Origin: Gammaproteobacteria bacterium
GTDB taxonomy: Bacteria; Pseudomonadota; Gammaproteobacteria; Natronospirales; JAJUFS01
NCBI GenBank assembly: GCA_029263725.1
Contig: JAJUFS010000003.1
Span: forward strand, 1-62,504
Direction of reading: 5' to 3'
Length of the DNA: 62,504 nt
How positions within the stretch are numbered: the stretch's first letter is position 1; every line of letters starts with the position of its first letter. This document shows, piece by piece, positions 40,648 through 50,249 of this stretch. Position numbers and translations under genes: made by a program. The notes under the pieces are model-generated. The model had not been told where the DNA came from. It saw nothing but the letters and a program-made list of their open reading frames with translations, and made no database searches.

Positions 40648-42564
40648 TCAGTTCACATACAGCCGATACTTGCCGTGGAACTTGCCGTTGAACAGCAGGG
40701 TGTTGCCGAGCAGGGTCGGCGCCGCCAGCTCGACTTCGGTCCAGATTCTCTGTCCCATCGGGTTGACGGTGACCGTGGCGTCGTCCGGCGCAATGATGCG
40801 CGTGCCCGCCATGGTGCCGTCGGTCTCGAACAGCTGGAAGTCGGTGTTGCTGACGCCGGCGACGAAGTACGCCTTGTTGCCGCGTACCGTCATCACGCCA
40901 CCGTTGACGGTGAAGCTGCCGGTTTCCGGATGGATGTCCTTGAGCATGAAGGTGCCCGCCGTGGTGCCGTCACTCACCCACGGCTCATAGCCATGCACGC
41001 CATCGCTGCCACGGAACACCAGCCTGTTGCCCATCACCGCCATCATGCCGCGCGATCCGTCGGCCGGCTCGACGTCATGCACCTTGTAGGTACCTGCGCT
41101 GCTGCCGTCGGTCACCCACAGGCTGAGCCGGTTGCTGGCGTAGTCGCGGCCCGGGTAGTAGTACCTGCCGTTCATCTTCACCATGACGGTGTCGGCGTAG
41201 TGCGCGCCCTGCGAGATCACCTGGGTGCCGGCCGCGGTTCCATTGGTGGACCACAAGGCCTTGTGCGCACCGCCGTTCACGGCATAGCCGAAGAAAAGCA
41301 GCCGGTCATCGAGCACATGGAACGCCGTCGGCCAGCCGTAGTAACCCGGCACCGTGTATGGCGTGATCACCGCATGCGTGCCGCCCGGCGTGCCGTCGGT
41401 GACCCAGACTTCCTTGCTGTTGCGGCTGACGTCGTGCCAGGTGAAATACAGCTTGTCGTCGAACACCGCCATGTCGTATTCGAGCAGCACCGAACCGGTG
41501 ACGCTGCTGTCGGCCAGCACGACCAGGTTCCCCTGCGTGCCATCGGTGCGATACAGCTTCGGATAGGCGTAGCCGCCCGTCTCGTAGTACCACAGGTATA
41601 CGTAGAAGCCGCCGTTGTAGTAGGTGGCGGCCTGGGGGCGCTCGATGTAGGTATCGCCGTTCGGATTGACGTCACGGATCATGTACGTGCCCGCCGGCGT
41701 GCCATCGCTGGCCCACAGCTCCCTGCCGTGCACGCCGTCGTCGGCCATGAAGTAGAAATGATTGCCGCCGACGCCGATGAAATCGATGTTCTCCGCGGTC
41801 GTCGTGGCCGGATCCTTGATCAGGTAAGTGCCCGCTTCCGTGCCGTCCGAGAACCACAGCCCGCCGGTGACGGTGCCGTCGTAACCCGTGAACACCACGC
41901 CGTTCCTGAACGCGCCGAGGATGTGGATGTAGCCGTTCACGCCATCCTTGCCGAAGTCCGCGATCCTGCGCGTGCCCGCGTGCGTGCCGTCGCTCACCCA
42001 CAGCTGCTCGCGGTCCGGCGAATTGATGCCGGTATCGTCCTCGTCGAACGCGGCAAAGAACGCGCGGCCGTTGGAGACCACGAAGTTTTCCGGCTGAATG
42101 GGTCCGTCATGCAGGACGCCGAAGCCGACCGGCGAACCGCCGCCGCTGCCCGGCGGCGCGACCGTGACCTTCACGGTGTCCGTGTCGTACTTGCCCTCGT
42201 CGTCCATCACCGTGAGGCGGAAGCTGAGTTCCTGCGGCTTGTCGGTCGCCGCGGGCGCGGTGAAGCTCGCCCTGCCGGAGAAGTCATCCTCGAGAACGAC
42301 CTCTGCACCCTTGGTCTGCTCCCAGTACCACATGACGATCACGCCGTCGTCGTCGAAGCTGCTCGTGCCATCCAGGGTCACGCGCGCGCCGCCGCTGACC
42401 ACCTGGTCCTCGCCGGCGATCGCCGTCGGCGCGCCTGGCTCCTTCTTCTCGCCCGACGAGCCGCCGCATCCCGTCACCGAAAATGTGCTGAACAGGCCGA
42501 TGGCCAGCAGCGCGACAAAACGCTCGAAGCTGTTCACGAATAACCCTCGCTTTACATAAGACAA
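40648..42564 (-). CDS. ELWxxDGT-repeat lipoprotein with N-terminal PKD/Ig-like domain
   Basis: Lipobox VTGC. PKD-like segment (GGARVTLDGTSSFDDDG). At least eight repeats of (E/Q/G)LW(V/A/F)SDGT.AGT, for example ELWASDGTPAGT, QLWVSDGTHAGT and EPWVSDGTTAGT. Confidence 0.75.
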   Translation of the reverse strand: MSYVKRGLFVNSFERFVALLAIGLFSTFSVTGCGGSSGEKKEPGAPTAIAGEDQVVSGGARVTLDGTSSFDDDGVIVMWYWEQTKGAEVVLEDDFSGRASFTAPAATDKPQELSFRLTVMDDEGKYDTDTVKVTVAPPGSGGGSPVGFGVLHDGPIQPENFVVSNGRAFFAAFDEDDTGINSPDREQLWVSDGTHAGTRRIADFGKDGVNGYIHILGAFRNGVVFTGYDGTVTGGLWFSDGTEAGTYLIKDPATTTAENIDFIGVGGNHFYFMADDGVHGRELWASDGTPAGTYMIRDVNPNGDTYIERPQAATYYNGGFYVYLWYYETGGYAYPKLYRTDGTQGNLVVLADSSVTGSVLLEYDMAVFDDKLYFTWHDVSRNSKEVWVTDGTPGGTHAVITPYTVPGYYGWPTAFHVLDDRLLFFGYAVNGGAHKALWSTNGTAAGTQVISQGAHYADTVMVKMNGRYYYPGRDYASNRLSLWVTDGSSAGTYKVHDVEPADGSRGMMAVMGNRLVFRGSDGVHGYEPWVSDGTTAGTFMLKDIHPETGSFTVNGGVMTVRGNKAYFVAGVSNTDFQLFETDGTMAGTRIIAPDDATVTVNPMGQRIWTEVELAAPTLLGNTLLFNGKFHGKYRLYVN

Positions 42565-42677
42565 CTACCCGCGCGAAAGCTACCCGTGGCGGCAGAACGG
42601 CGCATCCCTCAAATGGGGTATGCCGAGGAAGGAAGAACGCTGCTGGCTTGCAGCATAGCGACGGGAAATGAAGACAA

Positions 42678-43601
42678 TCAGTGCAGCGCGATGCCGGGAT
42701 GCCAGCCGCTTGCGGCGAGGAAGGCCCTGGCATCGGTCATCTCCAGCATGTCGCGCAGCGCGGCGCGCTTGTCCGGCGCATGTTCGTAGTAGGCCCGCGC
42801 GATGCGGTACCCCACCCAGTAGCCGAGATCGCCCGGCGTCTCCAGCGTGCCGTTGAACAGCCAGTCGGAGACATCCGTCTTGTCCATGTCGCGCGCAAAC
42901 GCTTCCTCGATCTCGCGTTCGCGGCCCGCGGTCAGCGCGCGCAGATGCGAATACGCGACCTCGCCCGCGACCAGCTCGGTGACAAACTCCGCGATGCCCT
43001 CGACCAGCGACAGCTCCAGCACGGTGAGACCCGTGGCTTCCGCAAGCTCCGGCGCCTGCTGCACGTGGATGTACTCGTGCGTGATCACGTAGACGAAGCG
43101 GTCCTCGACATCCGCGTTCAGGTAATCGACCGCGCACAGCGCTTCGAGCCCGATCTGGATACCGGTGTCCGGCGCGCCCACGCCAACCGGCTTGCCCCTG
43201 CCGACGGCGATGGTCACCGGCGGCAGCTTCGCCGCGGGATAAAGCGCCTTCAACCGCCGAAGCGCGTCCTGCAGCCGGTCGCGCACCGCGGGCAGCACGT
43301 CGGCACAGCGTCGTGCGCGCTCGTAAAGCTGCGGGTTGCGCTCGATGCTTGCGGCGATCGCCTCGCCGGTGATGTTCCGCAGGCGCGCAAACGTCTGCAG
43401 GCCGGACGAGCCCTGTTCGAGGTAATCACGCTGCAGGATTTGCGCGGACGGCGCGCCCGTTGCCGCATCGAAGATCGCGTAGAAGCGCTGCACGTCTTCC
43501 ACCTGGATGAGCGGCGCGGTGTTCTCCTGATGAACCAGCGCGCATGCGCCAAGCAGGCTGGCGACGACAAGCAAGCAGGCGGACTGCAGCCGCGCCCACA
43601 T
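42678..43601 (-). CDS. Putative secreted zinc metalloprotease (DUF2268-like, HExxH)
   Basis: Lipobox/signal LLGAC and an HEYIH motif. The family call is tentative. Confidence 0.55.
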   Translation of the reverse strand: MWARLQSACLLVVASLLGACALVHQENTAPLIQVEDVQRFYAIFDAATGAPSAQILQRDYLEQGSSGLQTFARLRNITGEAIAASIERNPQLYERARRCADVLPAVRDRLQDALRRLKALYPAAKLPPVTIAVGRGKPVGVGAPDTGIQIGLEALCAVDYLNADVEDRFVYVITHEYIHVQQAPELAEATGLTVLELSLVEGIAEFVTELVAGEVAYSHLRALTAGREREIEEAFARDMDKTDVSDWLFNGTLETPGDLGYWVGYRIARAYYEHAPDKRAALRDMLEMTDARAFLAASGWHPGIALH

Positions 43602-44647
43602 CAGGCCGTTTCCCCTTGTGGAACGTAAGCCACCGGCTCGCGCTCGAGCATCACCCCGAAACGCTCGTACACGTCGCGCTGGATGCGCGCGGCATACTCG
43701 AGCACGTATTCGCCCTCACGCCGCCCCGGATTCACCAGCACCAGCGCCTGCGCGGCATGCATGCCGACGCCGTCCTGCCGGTGCCCGCGCCAGCCCGCCT
43801 GCTCCAGCAGCCAGCCGGCGGCAAGCTTCACTCTGCCCGCGCCGGCGGGAAAGCTCACCAGCTGCGGGTAGTCGCGCTTCAGCGATTCATGTTTATCCGC
43901 GCTCACGATAGGGTTCTTGAAGAAGCTGCCGGCGTTCGGGATTTCCGCGGGATCGGGCAGCTTGCTGCGGCGGATGGCGATGACGGCATCGCTCACCTGG
44001 CGCGGCGTGAGTTCGTTCGCGGGGATGGCGGACAACGCCTCGTGCAGCGGCGCGTAGGAAGTGTTCAACTCGCCTTTTTTGCGCAGGCGGAAGGTGACGG
44101 CGGTGATCACCACCGCGTCGCGCAGGCGATGCTTGAAGATGCTGTCGCGGTAACTGAACTCGCAGGCCGGTGCGTCGAACGCGAGCGTTTCCAGGCTTTG
44201 CCTGTCGATGGCGGTCAGCGATTCGAACACCGTATCGAGCTCGACGCCATAGGCGCCGATGTTCTGGATGGGCGCGGCGCCGACCGTGCCTGGAATCAGC
44301 GAGAGATTCTCCAGCCCCTGCAGGTTCCGCTGCAGCGTGAACTCGACAAGGTCCTGCCAGACCTCGCCTGCGCCGGCGCGCACGTAAACGAACTCGCCAT
44401 CCTCGGCGACGATCTCGACGCCCTTGATGGTGACCTGGATCGCCAGGCCCTCGAACCGCGCGGGCAGCACCACGTTGCTGCCGCCGCCGAGCACCAGCAC
44501 CGGCATGCCCTCCGCGCGCGCGAACGACAGCGCCTCGCGCAGCGATGCTTCATCGCCCACCTGCGCATAACGCGCGGCACGCGCCGGCACCGCCAGCGTG
44601 TTGAGCGGCTGCAGATCGTGATCGGCAAGGATGCGTGGCGTGTTCAA
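43601..44647 (-). CDS. murB: UDP-N-acetylenolpyruvoylglucosamine reductase
   Basis: FAD-binding domain (VLGGGSNV), and GSFFKNP and C-terminal MurB motifs. One-base overlap with the downstream start codon. Confidence 0.9.
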   Translation of the reverse strand: MNTPRILADHDLQPLNTLAVPARAARYAQVGDEASLREALSFARAEGMPVLVLGGGSNVVLPARFEGLAIQVTIKGVEIVAEDGEFVYVRAGAGEVWQDLVEFTLQRNLQGLENLSLIPGTVGAAPIQNIGAYGVELDTVFESLTAIDRQSLETLAFDAPACEFSYRDSIFKHRLRDAVVITAVTFRLRKKGELNTSYAPLHEALSAIPANELTPRQVSDAVIAIRRSKLPDPAEIPNAGSFFKNPIVSADKHESLKRDYPQLVSFPAGAGRVKLAAGWLLEQAGWRGHRQDGVGMHAAQALVLVNPGRREGEYVLEYAARIQRDVYERFGVMLEREPVAYVPQGETA

Positions 44648-44861
44648 GGCGGTGCTTCGTCGGCTCGATGAGCGCGTTATTTAAGCACGACGGCATGCGC
44701 GTGCGCGACCGAGCGGACTGGAGAATCGATGCGGGAGGATAAACAAGGAAGCGAGGAAAGGGAGCATTCCCCACATCAATAATATATCCCACCCCCGGGC
44801 TTGCGGGAAGACACACCGCCTGGTGCAGCATCGCCGCCCGCTCACAGGAACGGAGGTGGCG

Positions 44862-46310
44862 ATGAACGAGTATCAAGTGGTGATCGCAGGCGGCGGCCCG
44901 ACGGGACTGATGCTGGCCGGCGAACTGGCGCTGGCGGGGATCGATGTCGCGATCGTCGAGCGGCGCAAGGACCAGGAGCTGATTGGCGCCCGTGCGCGCG
45001 GGCTGCATGCGCGCAGCATCGAGGTGCTGGATCAGCGCGGCATCGCCGAGCGCTTTCTCGTGCAGGGCCAGACCTGGCCGATGCTGCATTTTCACGTGCC
45101 GCTGGACATCAGCGATCTTCGCAGCCGTCACAACTACGTGCTCGGGCTGCGGCAAAGCCTGGTCGAACGCACGCTCGCCGAATGGGTCGCGGAGCTTTCG
45201 GTAACCGTGCTTCGCGCTCGCGAGGTCACGGGCTTCATGCAGGACGACGACGGCGTCACCGTCCGGCTTTCCAATGGCGAGTCACTGCGCGCCGAATACC
45301 TGGTCGGCTGCGACGGCGGTCGCAGCACGATACGCAAGTCAGCAGGCATAGAGTTTGCCGGCGACGAGCCGTCAATGAGCTGGCTGATCGTGGAAGCCGA
45401 GACCCGCGACGAACCGCAATGGGGCTTTCACCAGGACGCACACGGCATTCATGCCATCGGCAAGGGCGAGGACGGCGGCGTGGGCATCGTGCTGACCGAG
45501 CGCGAACTGCGGCTCGATGATGCGCCGACGTTACGTGACGTAAGGGAAGCCTTGCTCGTTACCTACGGCAGCGACTTCGGCATTCACAGCCCGACGTGGA
45601 TCTCGCGCTTCACCGACGTGACCCGCCAGGCCGTGAGCTACCGCAAGGGCCGCGTGCTGCTCGCCGGCGACGCCGCGCACATCCATCCGCCGCTTGGCGG
45701 GCAGGGTCTCAACCTCGGCCTGCAGGATGCGGTCAACCTCGGCTGGAAACTTGCGCAGGTGATAAAGCGCTGGTCGCCGGACAGCCTGCTCGACAGCTAT
45801 CATGCCGAACGCCATCCGGTGGCCGCGCGCGTCCTGCGCAACACGCAGGCGCAGGTCGCGCTTCGCCGCACCGACGCGCGCAGCAAGGCACTGGGCGACA
45901 TTTTTTCCGAACTGCTGGCGCTGGACGCGGTGCGTCGCCGGCTCGCCGCGGAAATTTCCGGCCTCGGCATCCGCTACGACCTTGGCGAAGGTCACGTGCT
46001 CGTCGGTCATCGCATGCCCGATCTCGACATCATCACGGCAGAAGGCGCGCGGCGAGTGTTCACGCTGCTGCACGAGGCGCGGCCGTTGCTGCTCGATTTC
46101 AGCTCATCCGGCATCGACATCACTCCATGGGCCGATCGCGTGCGTCACGTGCGTGCGCGCTGCGACGACGCCTGGGAGCTGCCCGTGACGGGAACAATCA
46201 CCGCGCCGGCCGCCGTGCTGGCAAGGCCGGACGGTTACGTGGCCTGGGCGGGAGACCCCGCGCAGGGCGGACTCATCGAGGCATTGCAGGCCTGGTTCGG
46301 AGCCGCATGA
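44862..46310 (+). CDS. Group A FAD-dependent monooxygenase (aromatic hydroxylase, Rox/PgaE-like)
   Basis: GGAGG RBS. VIAGGGPTGLMLAGEL, CDGGRSTIR and LAGDAAHIHPPLGGQGLNLGLQDAVNLGWKLA motifs. Confidence 0.85.
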   Translation: MNEYQVVIAGGGPTGLMLAGELALAGIDVAIVERRKDQELIGARARGLHARSIEVLDQRGIAERFLVQGQTWPMLHFHVPLDISDLRSRHNYVLGLRQSLVERTLAEWVAELSVTVLRAREVTGFMQDDDGVTVRLSNGESLRAEYLVGCDGGRSTIRKSAGIEFAGDEPSMSWLIVEAETRDEPQWGFHQDAHGIHAIGKGEDGGVGIVLTERELRLDDAPTLRDVREALLVTYGSDFGIHSPTWISRFTDVTRQAVSYRKGRVLLAGDAAHIHPPLGGQGLNLGLQDAVNLGWKLAQVIKRWSPDSLLDSYHAERHPVAARVLRNTQAQVALRRTDARSKALGDIFSELLALDAVRRRLAAEISGLGIRYDLGEGHVLVGHRMPDLDIITAEGARRVFTLLHEARPLLLDFSSSGIDITPWADRVRHVRARCDDAWELPVTGTITAPAAVLARPDGYVAWAGDPAQGGLIEALQAWFGAA

Positions 46311-46385
46311 CGAAACTTCATTTGAACCATCGGGCGCCGCCAGGCGTCTCATGCTGGCATGCATGAAAACGATAACGAGGAACGC

Positions 46386-48641
46386 ATGAACCATTCGCGA
46401 AAAACGCAAAAGCCGCGCCGGGCCGGAAAGCAAGGCGTGGCTGTCCTGCTGCTGCTCGCATCCGCGAGCGCGGCTGCGGTGGAAGTCGACGGATTCATCG
46501 ACACAGAGGAATGGCGCGAGGTGCGCTACATCTCCGATTTCCGCAAGACGCAGCCACTGACCCGCGAGCCGGGCTCGCTCAAGACCGAAGCCTGGGTGAT
46601 GGCGACGCCGGAAGGCCTGGCAGTGGCGTTTCGCAACGAACACCCGCCCTCGGTGCCGCGCACGAACCAGCGCGTGCAGCGCGACTTCAACGAGCAGGTG
46701 GATCGCGTCAACCTCATGGTGGACTACGACGGTGATCACCGTACCGGCTACAACTTCACCGTCGCCTCCACCGGCGCCATTTACGACGCCGTCATCACCA
46801 ACGAAGCGAACTTCAACGCCGACTGGGACAGCGTCTGGCAGTACGCCGTGACGGAAGACGAGAATTCCTGGTCGGTGGAGATGCTGATTCCCTGGCATGT
46901 CGCGCCTATGCGCGATGCCGAGGGCGAGACCCGTACGCTGCGCATCTACCTCGATCGCGTCATCGGCGCCACCGGCGAGCGCATGGCCTGGCCGATGGCG
47001 AGCTACGAGCGGCCGCGCTTCCTGTCCGACTTCGCAGCGCTGGAGGTGACGAGCTACAGCCAGTCGCTGCTGGCGATCACGCCGTATGCCTCGGGCCTGT
47101 ACGACAACATCAGCGGCGATACCGATGCCGATGCGGGTGTCGACGTGTTCTGGAAACCGAACGGCCAGGTGCAGCTCACCGCCACCCTGAATCCCGATTT
47201 CGGCCAGGTGGAAAGCGATGACCTCGTGGTCAGCTTCGATGCCATCGAGACCTTCATCAGCGACAAGCGTCCGTTCTTCACCGAGAACCAGGGCCTGTTC
47301 GAGTTCACCACGCCCTCCGACTACAGCCAGCTTCTCTACACCCGCCGCATTGGCGGCCCGGCCGATGACGGCGTTGGCGCGGGCGACATCACGGGCGCGT
47401 TGAAGCTCAACGGCAGCGTCGGCGCCTTCAAGTACGGCCTGTTCAGCGCCGACGAACGCGGCGAGGCCGGGCGCACCTTCTCCGCGGCGCGGCTGGTGCG
47501 CGACTTCAGCAATCACAACATCGGCGTCATGGCCACGCACGTCGACCGTCCCTTCCTGGATCGCGAAGCGCTGGTCTACGGCATCGATCATAACTGGCGG
47601 CCCTCGCCGCGCTGGAACGTGCGCACCCGGCTGATGATGAGCGACATCGAACACGAGGGAGAGGAAACGCGCGATTCCGGCGCGACCCTGTGGGCGGACT
47701 ACGAGATGGATCACGGCTGGCGGCAGCAGTGGATCCTGATGCACTTCGGCGACGAGCTGGAGATCAACGACGCCGGCTATCTCGCGCGCAACAATGAGAA
47801 CTACGCGCACTGGCAAGTGAGCAAGCGTTTCACCGACCTGCCGGCGGATTCGCGCTACTCTTCCAAGGACTGGCGCGTGCGAGTAAGCGGCGAGTACAAC
47901 GATCACGGCGAACGGCTTTCGCAGCAGCTGCGTGTCAGCCGCGAAAGCCGCCTGCGCGACGGCAGCTACGAATACGCGCAGATCAACATCAACAGCGCCG
48001 GCGTCAACGACCTGCTGACGCGCGGCCATGGCGTGCTGGAACTGCCGCCGAACTTCAACGCCTACGTCGAATACCAGCGCCCGCGCAAGGGACGCTGGGG
48101 CTACAACGTCGATGCGGAAGCCTTCACCGGCGGGCTGGAAGGCAACGACAACATCGGCTACAGCATCGGCGTCGAACCAACCTATTTCCTGAGCGAGGCG
48201 TTCAACCTGTACGTAGGCGGGTCGCTGATCCGCCGGCCCGACTGGCTGGTCTGGCAGCAGGAGAACCTCATCGGCAGCTTCGATGGCCGCGAGACGCGTT
48301 TCAACGCCGGCTTCAACTGGCTGGGCGACCGCCACGAGCTGCGTCTCAAGCTGCAGGCCATCGGCATCAATGCGCGCCTGCGGCAGGGCTATCGCGTCGA
48401 GTCTCGCCGGGCGGTGGCAACCGATGAACCGGTCGATGATTTCAGCGTCAGCAACCTCGGCTTCCAGGTCCGCTATCGCTACGAACTCGCGCCGCTTTCC
48501 TACCTGTACGTGGTCTACGGCCGCGGCGGCTACGAGGAAGGCTTCGGCAGCGATGAATCGTTCCGGCTGCTGCAGGACAGCTTCGGCCTGCGCGACGACG
48601 AACAGTGGCTGATCAAGTTCAGCTATCGGTTCGAGCGGTAG
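46386..48641 (+). CDS. CBM9-like / DUF5916 outer-membrane-type protein
   Basis: Signal peptide, an N-terminal DG.IDTEEW CBM9-like module, and a long beta-rich C-terminal region. A start at 46359 is also possible. Confidence 0.6.
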   Translation: MNHSRKTQKPRRAGKQGVAVLLLLASASAAAVEVDGFIDTEEWREVRYISDFRKTQPLTREPGSLKTEAWVMATPEGLAVAFRNEHPPSVPRTNQRVQRDFNEQVDRVNLMVDYDGDHRTGYNFTVASTGAIYDAVITNEANFNADWDSVWQYAVTEDENSWSVEMLIPWHVAPMRDAEGETRTLRIYLDRVIGATGERMAWPMASYERPRFLSDFAALEVTSYSQSLLAITPYASGLYDNISGDTDADAGVDVFWKPNGQVQLTATLNPDFGQVESDDLVVSFDAIETFISDKRPFFTENQGLFEFTTPSDYSQLLYTRRIGGPADDGVGAGDITGALKLNGSVGAFKYGLFSADERGEAGRTFSAARLVRDFSNHNIGVMATHVDRPFLDREALVYGIDHNWRPSPRWNVRTRLMMSDIEHEGEETRDSGATLWADYEMDHGWRQQWILMHFGDELEINDAGYLARNNENYAHWQVSKRFTDLPADSRYSSKDWRVRVSGEYNDHGERLSQQLRVSRESRLRDGSYEYAQININSAGVNDLLTRGHGVLELPPNFNAYVEYQRPRKGRWGYNVDAEAFTGGLEGNDNIGYSIGVEPTYFLSEAFNLYVGGSLIRRPDWLVWQQENLIGSFDGRETRFNAGFNWLGDRHELRLKLQAIGINARLRQGYRVESRRAVATDEPVDDFSVSNLGFQVRYRYELAPLSYLYVVYGRGGYEEGFGSDESFRLLQDSFGLRDDEQWLIKFSYRFER

Positions 48642-48667
48642 GGAGAAGGGAGAAGGGAGAAGGGAGA
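48641..48667. repeat. Tandem heptamer (GGGAGAA) x3.9
   Basis: Direct reading. It starts within the stop codon of the upstream gene. Confidence 0.9.
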
Positions 48668-48677
48668 CCAACCTGTT

Positions 48678-48830
48678 CCCGCCCCCTTTTCCAAGGGGGG
48701 CCGCCGCGCAGCGGCGGGGGGATTTGCATCGCGGAACCCGAATTGAGCGCAGCGAACCCGCCCCCTTTTCCAAAGGGGGCCGCCGCGCAGCGGCGGGGGG
48801 ATTTGTATCGCGAAACCCGGATTGAGCGCA
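48678..48830. repeat. Two tandem copies of a ~74-nt GC-rich unit (79-nt period) with nested hairpins
   Basis: The unit CCCGCCCCCTTTTCCAARGGGGGCCGCCGCGCAGCGGCGGGGGGATTTGYATCGCGRAACCCGRATTGAGCGCA occurs at 48678 and again at 48757. Confidence 0.85.
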
Positions 48831-48851
48831 ACGCAGTCCGGGAAAGAGATT

Positions 48852-48900
48852 CCCCCTCTCCCCCTGCCCCTCTCCCGCAAGGGGAGAGGGGAGAGGGGAG
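48852..48900. repeat. GC-rich hairpin built from CCCCTCT / GGGGAGA heptamer-like repeats
   Basis: CCCCTCTCCC (48867-48876) pairs with GGGAGAGGGG (48882-48891) across a 5-nt loop. It is flanked by further copies of the motif. Confidence 0.8.
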
Positions 48901-48947
48901 AAAGATAATCCTCCCCGACGCTCTCGGTAGACGTCACTGATTCCCCG

Positions 48948-50249
48948 TCACTGCGCCGCGCGGTCCGTCGGCGTCACTCTCCAGATCACGTTGGCAAGAT
49001 CATCCGCAACGATGAGCGCGCCGCGCGGATCCACGCTCACGCCGACCGGCCGGCCGCGTGCATCGCCACCCTCATTGAGAAACCCCGTCACGAAATCGAC
49101 GGGCGCCGCGCCCGTGGGCCGGCCATTGCGGAATGGCACGAAGACCACCTTGAATCCCACCGGCACCTTGCGGTTCCAGCTGCCGTGCTCGCCGACGAAT
49201 ACGCCTTCGGCAAAGCGCTCGCCCATCGCCGGCGTCGAGAAGGCAAGGCCAAGCGCTGCGACGTGCGCGCCCAGGCTGTAATCCGGCGTGATGGCGCGCT
49301 CGACCAGGTCCGGCCGCTGCGGTTGCGCGCGTTCATCGACGTTCCTGCCCCAGTAGCTGTACGGCCAGCCGTAGAAACCGCCGTCGCGCACCGCGGTGAG
49401 ATAATCCGGCACAAGGTTGTCGCCGATCTCGTCACGCTCGTTCACCGCTACCCACAGCTGGTTGGTGTCCGGATCCACGGCGAGTGCGGAAGGATTGCGC
49501 AGGCCCGTGGCGTACCGGCGATGCATGCGCGTCTGCGGATCGATCTGCCAGACCATGGCGCGGTCTTCCTCGACCTCCATGCCGCGCTCGGTGATGTTGC
49601 TGTTGGAGCCGATGCCGACATACAGGTAACGGCCATCGACGCTCGCCGCCATCGCCTTGGTCCAGTGGTGGTTGTAGACGGACGGCAGGTCGACGATCTT
49701 CTCCGGCGGCCCGCTCGCGCGCGTCTGGCCATCCTGATATTCAAAGCGCACCACGGCGTCCTGGTTGGCGACGTACAGCGAATCGCCGATCAACGCCATG
49801 CCATACGGCGCATTGACGTTCTCCGCGAACGTGGTCTTCAACTCGTAGCGGCCATCGCCGTCCGCATCGCGCAGCAGCGTCAGGCGATTGCCGCCCGGGC
49901 GATCGGTCTTGCCCTGCTTCTTCACGTAATTCGCGATCATGTCCTTGGGCCGCATCACCGGCGCGCTGCCGCCGGAACCCTCGGCGACGAGAATGTCGCC
50001 GTTGGGCAGCACCAGCGTCTGCCGTGGCACGGAGAGGTCGTCCGCGATCATTTCGACGCTGTAACCCTGCGGCACGGTGGGTTTCTGGTCACCCCACTCG
50101 GCAGGCATCGAGATCACCATGCTGGGCAGCAGGCCGCGCTCCGGTTCGGGCAGCTCGGGATTGGCGCCGTAGCTCGGCGGCGGCGGCTCGCCGCCACAGG
50201 CGGACAGGAACAGCGCAAGCAGAAAGGCAGGAATGATCTTGTTACGCAT
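48948..50249 (-). CDS. PQQ-dependent sugar (sorbosone-type) dehydrogenase lipoprotein
   Basis: Lipobox LSAC and a six-bladed propeller pattern. Start at MRNKIIP with an ATGA overlap on the upstream DUF2231 gene. Confidence 0.85.
   Translation of the reverse strand: MRNKIIPAFLLALFLSACGGEPPPPSYGANPELPEPERGLLPSMVISMPAEWGDQKPTVPQGYSVEMIADDLSVPRQTLVLPNGDILVAEGSGGSAPVMRPKDMIANYVKKQGKTDRPGGNRLTLLRDADGDGRYELKTTFAENVNAPYGMALIGDSLYVANQDAVVRFEYQDGQTRASGPPEKIVDLPSVYNHHWTKAMAASVDGRYLYVGIGSNSNITERGMEVEEDRAMVWQIDPQTRMHRRYATGLRNPSALAVDPDTNQLWVAVNERDEIGDNLVPDYLTAVRDGGFYGWPYSYWGRNVDERAQPQRPDLVERAITPDYSLGAHVAALGLAFSTPAMGERFAEGVFVGEHGSWNRKVPVGFKVVFVPFRNGRPTGAAPVDFVTGFLNEGGDARGRPVGVSVDPRGALIVADDLANVIWRVTPTDRAAQ

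Noticed and set aside
48641-48900. Possible CRISPR array, because of tandem GC-rich repeats.
   Set aside because: There are only two copies of a 74-nt unit, separated by about 5 nt. There are no unique spacers of regular length and no cas genes. The architecture fits REP/MITE-like elements instead.
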